This document shows positions 26,719 to 32,000 of a stretch of 32,000 nucleotides of DNA, piece by piece. Within the stretch, counting starts at the first letter, position 1, and every line of letters starts with the position of its first letter. The notes under the pieces are model-generated. The model had not been told where the DNA came from. It was given only the letters and a program-made list of their open reading frames with translations, and did not search any database. Source of the DNA: Tannockella kyphosi (GTDB lineage: Bacteria > Bacillota_I > Bacilli_A > Erysipelotrichales > Coprobacillaceae); contig NZ_CP088239.1 of assembly GCF_021054785.1 (NCBI RefSeq), positions 480,001-512,000 of the forward strand. Reading direction: 5' to 3'. The position numbers and the translations under genes were made by a program.

Positions 26719-26737
26719 TGTTTCTGGTTTTTTGTTT
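26707..26737 (+). terminator. rho-independent terminator after the dCMP deaminase gene
   Basis: ctagaaa-tgtaatg-tttctgg followed by ttttttgtttt. Confidence 0.65.
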
Positions 26738-26740
26738 TGG

Positions 26741-26771
26741 GTAAAATAAAAGTAGGAATAGAATTCCTACT
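26741..26771 (-). terminator. terminator for the RNase HIII-like gene
   Basis: agtaggaat-aga-attcctact overlaps the TAG stop. The minus strand continues ttttatttta. Confidence 0.55.
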
Positions 26772-27516
26772 TGCTTAGTGCTTCTTTTACACGTTTATAA
26801 CTAGTTAGATTATTTTTAGTAACTTTTACCAAAATATTCATACCGTATTTTTTTGCTAATTCAATTGCTACTTGTTCACTAGTAGCACTAGTACCACGAG
26901 GGATTTTAATCTTTAAACTTTTTTGCATATTAGCTAAGTATTGTAAACAAGCATATCTAGATAAAATACCTGCACAAATAATACCAATATGACGTGTTTC
27001 CCCTTTGGGGTCAAATGTTAGATCTTTTACAACGATTACTTCTCCTTTTAAATAATTAAAATATGTTTTAGGAGAAACAAACTGACTAATTGCTTTACAT
27101 GCAACAGGTAATTGTAATTTCTGCATTACATTCGTAATTGCTTGATTATATAATTTTGCCTTAATTGTTGCTAAGTTATTTCCTTCGCTAGCCATTTGAT
27201 TATAATGAGAATTATCTAACATCAATAAACTATAAATAACACGATCTTTTATTTCTCTAGCCAATGTAATAATTTCTTGATCTGTACAATCTTTTGAATC
27301 TTTTAACCCGATGCTCATTAGCCAATCGAAATCCCTTTCGTCAACATAACAAGAAACAACACAAAGAGGGCCAAAAAAATCACCAGAACCTGATTCCTCA
27401 CAACCAATATGGCTATGAGAATAAAAATAACTATTATTTGAACTCTGATCAGTTACTGGAGAATATTTTAAATTGTCAGAAGCAAGAGGAAAATTGAAAA
27501 TAGATTTATTTAACAA
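26767..27516 (-). CDS. RNase HIII-like protein, N-terminally short with atypical active-site residues
   Basis: HIGCEESGSGDFFGP, GLKDSKD, YSLLMLDN..YN, KAKLYNQAITN, FDPKGETRHIGIICAGILSRY. This is colinear with the Bacillus RnhC catalytic domain and shares its divergent position beside cvpA-mutS2. TTG start with an AAGGAGGG RBS 6 nt upstream. Confidence 0.75.
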   Translation of the reverse strand: MLNKSIFNFPLASDNLKYSPVTDQSSNNSYFYSHSHIGCEESGSGDFFGPLCVVSCYVDERDFDWLMSIGLKDSKDCTDQEIITLAREIKDRVIYSLLMLDNSHYNQMASEGNNLATIKAKLYNQAITNVMQKLQLPVACKAISQFVSPKTYFNYLKGEVIVVKDLTFDPKGETRHIGIICAGILSRYACLQYLANMQKSLKIKIPRGTSATSEQVAIELAKKYGMNILVKVTKNNLTSYKRVKEALSK

Positions 27517-27567
27517 TGGTATCCCTCCTTAATCTACTATTAATATTATAGCACGTTGTAAAGAATT

Positions 27568-27596
27568 TTGACAGTATAAATTACTTTTGTTAAGAT
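27568..27596 (+). promoter_or_regulatory. sigma-A type promoter of cvpA-mutS2-uvrC
   Basis: TTGACA (27568-27573), 17 nt, TAAGAT (27591-27596). Confidence 0.55.
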
Positions 27597-27612
27597 AGAA
27601 AAGGGTGAAAAT

Positions 27613-28131
27613 ATGGAAAATTTTAGAAATTTAGTAACGATTGATTATATTTTATTAGCTATAATCATGTTTTTTGCAATTTCCGGTTTAAAAAAAGGAT
27701 TTGTTTTATGTATATATAATTTTTGTTGTACCCTGTTTTGTCTAGTCTTTGCGTATGTTTGTTGTAATACAAACAATGGTTTTTTAAGTATTTTAGAGAA
27801 TAACGAGATTATTAGACAATTTGAAGGATTCACAAAAACACTTATTTTATTTATCATTTTCTTTGTGATCTTATCACTTTTAACAAAAGTGATAAGTATC
27901 GTAGTTAGACCAATAATAGATGGAATAGTAAAACATGTTATTATTATTAAACAATTAAATCAAATATTAGGTTTATTAATAGGGACAGTCCGTGGTATTA
28001 TTTATGCATATATGATAGTGATAGTTTTGTTATTACAAAACTCGCAAGTCATACAAGATAGTGTAGTAACAAATATGGTAATAGAATTAGTGCCTCTCTA
28101 TGGTGAGGTATTATTAGAGATGTTAGGATAA
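27613..28131 (+). CDS. cvpA: CvpA-family (colicin V production) membrane protein
   Basis: 172 aa, 4 TM. N-terminal pattern DYILLAIIMFFAISGLKKGFV. Lies directly upstream of mutS2, as does Bacillus yshB. Confidence 0.75.
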   Translation: MENFRNLVTIDYILLAIIMFFAISGLKKGFVLCIYNFCCTLFCLVFAYVCCNTNNGFLSILENNEIIRQFEGFTKTLILFIIFFVILSLLTKVISIVVRPIIDGIVKHVIIIKQLNQILGLLIGTVRGIIYAYMIVIVLLLQNSQVIQDSVVTNMVIELVPLYGEVLLEMLG

Positions 28132-28142
28132 GGATGAAAGTT

Positions 28143-30458
28143 ATGAATAAAGTGTATAAGACATTAGAATTTGATCAAATAAAGAACTTAGTGCAAGGAT
28201 ATTGTGTTAGTGAACAAGGAAAACAACATATAGCATCATTGTGTCCATTTGATAATAAAGATGAATTAGAAGAACAATTCTTATTTCTAAAAGATGCAAT
28301 GAACTTAATAAGATTATATGGTCGTTTCCCACTTAGTTCTTTTTATTCTATTACTACTTCTTTAGAAGTTACTAAAAAAGAGGGTACTTTAAGTGGTGAT
28401 AAAGTAAATGGAATACGCTATCAATTACAAAATATTAGCGAATTAAAAAGTTTTGTAGAAGATAAAGAAAATCAGTCTACTGTGTTAGTTAAATATATAC
28501 AAGAGACATACTGTCCTACTACTTTATATCAAATGATTATCAAATGTATCGATTCTAACGGTGTAGTGCAAGATAATGCATCTAGTGAACTAAGATCAAT
28601 TCGTCGCTCTATTCAGGCTTATGAAGCAAATATACGTACTAAAATAACAGAATTACAAGCAAAGTATCGAGACTACTTATCACAAGAAACAACTTCTATT
28701 CGTAATGATCACTATGTACTTCCAGTGAAAGCAGGAAATCGTAATCAAGTAAAAGGAATCGTTCATGCCCTAAGCGCTAGTGGCCAAACAATGTATATTG
28801 AACCAGATGCAATTGTACAAATTAATAATCAAATATTTCAATTAAGAAATGATGAGAAAAAGGAAGTACAAAGAATTCTATTTTCAATTAGTCAAGAAAT
28901 AAAAAACAATGCACCAATCTTAGAATTTAATCAAGAAATACTAATTTATTTAGATAGCTTACTTGCTAAAGCAAGTTATGCAACAAAATTAGATTGTGTT
29001 ATTCCAACCATTGGCTCAACACATGTTTTACAATTAACGCAAGCAAGACATCCTTTAATTGATCCAAAAGATATGATTGCAAATGATATTGTTTTAATGG
29101 CCCCTAAAACAATGATGTTAATCAGTGGTTCAAATACAGGAGGGAAAACGGTAGTATTAAAAACAGCCGGATTACTTTCTTTAATGGCTTTATCAGGGCT
29201 AGCAGTACCTTGTAATCAAGCTAGTATCCCATTTTTTGATCAAATATTTGTTGATTTAGGTGATGAACAATCAATTGAACAATCTTTATCTACTTTTTCT
29301 AGCCATATGAGCCGCTTGGTTTCTATTTGTGAGGAAGTAACAAGTCATAGTTTAGTATTATTGGATGAAATTGGTTCTGGTACAGATCCTCGAGAAGGAG
29401 AAAGTATTGCACAAGCTATCTTAACGCATTTACATCATAAAAATGCATTAACGATTGCATCTACTCATTATTCTGGATTAAAACAGTTTGCTAAAAAAGA
29501 AGAATATATTCAAATAGCCGCTGTTGAGTTTGATCAAGAACAAATGTGTCCTACTTATCGTTTATTAATAGGGAATGTTGGTAACTCTTATGCAATTGAA
29601 ATATCAAAAAGATTAGGATTACAAGCATCTATTGTTGAAAATGCTTATCGTATTAAAGAAGATAATTTATCAGTATCTGATAAATTATTAGAAAAGCTAC
29701 AAGACGAATTAACAACAATTCAAAAACAAAAAGATGATTTAGAAGCGAAAATAAAAGAAGCTGATTTTAAATTAGAAAAATATAATCAATTAGTAAATGG
29801 CATTGATAGTCAAAGAGAACAAATATTAATCCAAGCAAAACAAGAAGCAAACAATATTTATGATGAAGCAAAACAATATGTTGATATGGTCATCGAAGAG
29901 ATGAAAACAGAACAAGCTAAAATGCATGTTCCTATTGAAGCAAAACATAAATTAGATACATTAAAACATGTTGAAAAAAAGAAAGAAGCGGTTTCAACAA
30001 CACCAAACCATCATTATGTTATTGGGGATATAGTTTTACTAATTTCTATGAACCGACAAGGTGAAGTAGTATCAATTAATAAAAAAGGTATTTTAACAAT
30101 TGATATTGGTGGTTTAAAAGTAAATCTAAAACCTAGTGAAGTTCAATTTCTAAAAAGAAAAGAAAAAACAAAACTAGCAAAAAGTAATGCACGTTCACTA
30201 AAGAAAACAACCAACCAAAGTTATGAATTAAATATCATTGGCCAAAGATATGAAGAAGCAATGATTCATTTAGATAAGTTTTTAGATGATGCGATTGTTC
30301 ATAACTATAGCTCTGTACGTATTGTTCATGGAATAGGATCAGGAGTATTGCGTAAAGGTGTACGTAAAATGTTAGATAAAAACAAAAATATTGTTTCTTA
30401 TCGTGATGGAGGAGCTAATGAAGGTGGTTTAGGTGCCACATTAGCATACTTTGAATAA
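28143..30458 (+). CDS. mutS2: endonuclease MutS2 (MutS ATPase core plus C-terminal Smr domain)
   Basis: Walker A GSNTGGKT, LLDEIGSGTDP, C-terminal Smr (LNIIGQRYEEA...VRIVHGIGSGVLRKGV). Open from ATG 28134, but AGGA 8 nt upstream favours the ATG at 28143 (MNKVYKTLEFDQIK). Confidence 0.92.
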   Translation: MNKVYKTLEFDQIKNLVQGYCVSEQGKQHIASLCPFDNKDELEEQFLFLKDAMNLIRLYGRFPLSSFYSITTSLEVTKKEGTLSGDKVNGIRYQLQNISELKSFVEDKENQSTVLVKYIQETYCPTTLYQMIIKCIDSNGVVQDNASSELRSIRRSIQAYEANIRTKITELQAKYRDYLSQETTSIRNDHYVLPVKAGNRNQVKGIVHALSASGQTMYIEPDAIVQINNQIFQLRNDEKKEVQRILFSISQEIKNNAPILEFNQEILIYLDSLLAKASYATKLDCVIPTIGSTHVLQLTQARHPLIDPKDMIANDIVLMAPKTMMLISGSNTGGKTVVLKTAGLLSLMALSGLAVPCNQASIPFFDQIFVDLGDEQSIEQSLSTFSSHMSRLVSICEEVTSHSLVLLDEIGSGTDPREGESIAQAILTHLHHKNALTIASTHYSGLKQFAKKEEYIQIAAVEFDQEQMCPTYRLLIGNVGNSYAIEISKRLGLQASIVENAYRIKEDNLSVSDKLLEKLQDELTTIQKQKDDLEAKIKEADFKLEKYNQLVNGIDSQREQILIQAKQEANNIYDEAKQYVDMVIEEMKTEQAKMHVPIEAKHKLDTLKHVEKKKEAVSTTPNHHYVIGDIVLLISMNRQGEVVSINKKGILTIDIGGLKVNLKPSEVQFLKRKEKTKLAKSNARSLKKTTNQSYELNIIGQRYEEAMIHLDKFLDDAIVHNYSSVRIVHGIGSGVLRKGVRKMLDKNKNIVSYRDGGANEGGLGATLAYFE

Positions 30459-32000
30459 TGGCAACAAAACAACTAAAAGATAAATTATCATTATTACCAA
30501 TAAGTAGTGGTTGTTATTTAATGAAAGACAATACTGGTGAGGTTATTTATGTAGGTAAGGCAAAAAAGCTAAAGAATCGTGTAACTAGTTATTTTACAGG
30601 TAGCCATAATTATAAGACAACAAAGTTGGTTAGTGAGATTGTTGATTTTGATTATATTGTAACTGATTCTGAAAAAGAGGCTTTGTTATTAGAAATTAAT
30701 TTAATTAAAGATTATAGTCCAAAATATAATATATCCTTTATGGATAATAAATATTATCCATATATTCAATTAACAAAAGAAACCCATCCAACATTAAAAA
30801 TTGTTCGTAATGCGAGTGATAAAAAACATAAATACTTTGGACCTTTCCCTGATGGGACTGCAGCAAGAGAAACATTTAAATTATTAAATCGTTTATATCC
30901 TTTAAGAAAATGTGCACATATTCCTAAAAAAACATGTCTTTACTATTCTTTACAACAATGTGTAGGTTGTTGTATCCAACCTGTAGATCAAGAAGTATAT
31001 AAAGAAATAACAACAAATATTACTAAATTTATTCAAGGTGATACCAAAGAATTAATGGAAGATTTAGAAGCAAAAATGTATCAAGCTAGTGAATTACAAA
31101 ACTATGAACTAGCAATGGAGTATCGTAACTTAATCCAACATATTAAACATGTTACTAGTAAGCAACATGTTCAATTTAATGATTTAATAGATCGTGATGT
31201 AGTAGGATATTATTGTGAAAATGGTTATATTAGTATTCAGTTATTCTTTATGAGACAAGGAAAGTTACTAGCAAGAGACTTTAATTTAGTACCTTTACAA
31301 AATGATATTGAGGATCATTTGTTTACTTTTTTAATGCAATTTTATCAAGAAAACACATATCCTACAGAGTTATTGTTACCTAGTGATTTAGATGTTTCTT
31401 TATTAGAGGATATTGTCGAATGTAAAATATTGCAACCTCAAAAAGGTAAGAAACATGACTTAGTTACAATGGCAAATAATAATGCTAAAGAATCATTAGA
31501 ACATAAGTTTCAATTAATTATAAAAAATGAAGCATCTACTATTGGAGCAATGCAACAATTAGCTACTTTATTAAATAAAGATGTTCTACATCGGGTGGAA
31601 TTATTCGATAATTCCAATATTCAAGGTGCTCATGCAGTAGCCGGAATGGTTTGTTTTATTGATGGAGTTCCTGCAAAAAAAGAATATCGAAAATATAAAA
31701 TAAAGACAGTAGAAGGTCCTAATGATTATGCAAGTATGGAAGAAGTTATTTATCGACGTTATTTTCGTGTCTTAATGGATAAACTAGAAAGACCTGATTT
31801 AATAATTGTAGATGGTGGTAAAGGACAAATTAAAGTAGCTGTACAAGTGATTGAAAAACTAGGGTTAGATATCCTAGTATGTGGTTTGGCTAAGGATGAT
31901 CAACACAATACTGCCCTGTTATTGGACAAGGATGGTAATGAGATATCTATTAGTCGTAAAAGTGAATTATTTTTCTTGTTAACAAGAATGCAAGATGAAG
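30458..32000 (+). CDS. uvrC: excinuclease ABC subunit C, N-terminal ~514 aa (3' end outside the window)
   Basis: The ATG overlaps the mutS2 TAA (TAATG). GIY-YIG domain SGCYLMKDNTGEVIYVGKAKKLKNRVTSYF...YIVTDSEKEALLLEINLIK, then a UVR domain. The frame stays open to the window end. It is absent from the ORF track because no stop codon is reached. Confidence 0.93.
   Translation, partial: MATKQLKDKLSLLPISSGCYLMKDNTGEVIYVGKAKKLKNRVTSYFTGSHNYKTTKLVSEIVDFDYIVTDSEKEALLLEINLIKDYSPKYNISFMDNKYYPYIQLTKETHPTLKIVRNASDKKHKYFGPFPDGTAARETFKLLNRLYPLRKCAHIPKKTCLYYSLQQCVGCCIQPVDQEVYKEITTNITKFIQGDTKELMEDLEAKMYQASELQNYELAMEYRNLIQHIKHVTSKQHVQFNDLIDRDVVGYYCENGYISIQLFFMRQGKLLARDFNLVPLQNDIEDHLFTFLMQFYQENTYPTELLLPSDLDVSLLEDIVECKILQPQKGKKHDLVTMANNNAKESLEHKFQLIIKNEASTIGAMQQLATLLNKDVLHRVELFDNSNIQGAHAVAGMVCFIDGVPAKKEYRKYKIKTVEGPNDYASMEEVIYRRYFRVLMDKLERPDLIIVDGGKGQIKVAVQVIEKLGLDILVCGLAKDDQHNTALLLDKDGNEISISRKSELFFLLTRMQDE

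Noticed and set aside
898-27857. Short ORFs of 61-97 aa from the six-frame track that lie inside, and mostly antisense to, larger genes: 898-1083, 1588-1779, 2597-2809, 2905-3144, 4099-4392, 4574-4798, 6297-6485, 8890-9114, 9782-9967, 10715-10918, 13393-13584, 14432-14674, 16237-16422, 18788-18991, 21112-21297, 27294-27497 and 27645-27857.
   Set aside because: Each is fully or largely embedded in a longer ORF with clear family motifs. They lack Shine-Dalgarno sequences and have the low-complexity, S/F/I/L-rich composition expected of shadow frames in AT-rich DNA.
1-32000. Scan for CRISPR arrays, IS elements or transposases, rRNA, prophage genes, and riboswitch or T-box leaders.
   Set aside because: I saw no regularly spaced direct repeats, terminal inverted repeats bracketing a transposase-like ORF, rRNA-like sequence, or long structured leaders. 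The intergenic regions are short and are explained by promoters and terminators.

Overview
This is an AT-rich chromosomal window from a low-GC Gram-positive bacterium (Bacillota). TGA acts as a stop codon (e.g. 20026-20028), so the standard code applies. Almost the whole window is coding, and most of it is housekeeping.

Gene content from left to right:
- pyrF (3' part) and pyrE.
- A wall-teichoic-acid block: tagG, tagH, tagD and three CDP-glycerol glycerophosphotransferase paralogues, one of them fused to a GT4 glycosyltransferase.
- A convergent HAD phosphatase.
- A MazF/EndoA-type toxin with no adjacent antitoxin, then a DUF975-like membrane protein and a CPBP/Abi intramembrane protease.
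- tRNA-Asp, tRNA-Ser and tRNA-Lys, all on the minus strand, with a small ribbon-helix-helix (RHH) gene between them.
- A membrane-anchored degenerate HAD protein with a long acidic linker.
- nudF, a DagK-like lipid kinase, mutY, a yihY-family gene, and an FAD/Rieske oxidoreductase with an extra ParB/Srx-like tail.
- A five-gene envelope module: ECF sigma, putative anti-sigma, DUF4358-like lipoprotein, MBOAT, DHHW/AlgX-like.
- DUF1836, hemolysin-III, lspA, rluD, dCMP deaminase.
- A Bacillus-like repair neighbourhood: an rnhC-like gene, cvpA, mutS2 and uvrC (5' part).

I found no CRISPR array, IS element, integrase, rRNA or recognisable named defence system.

The candidates most worth a second look are:
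1. The ECF-sigma-linked MBOAT/DHHW acylation module.
2. The ParB/Srx-like tail on the Rieske flavoprotein.
3. The antitoxin-less MazF with its membrane and CPBP neighbours.
4. The pseudo-HAD, acidic-linker membrane protein.
5. The N-terminally short RNase HIII-like protein with apparent active-site substitutions.

All functional calls come from motif recognition by eye. No database search was run.
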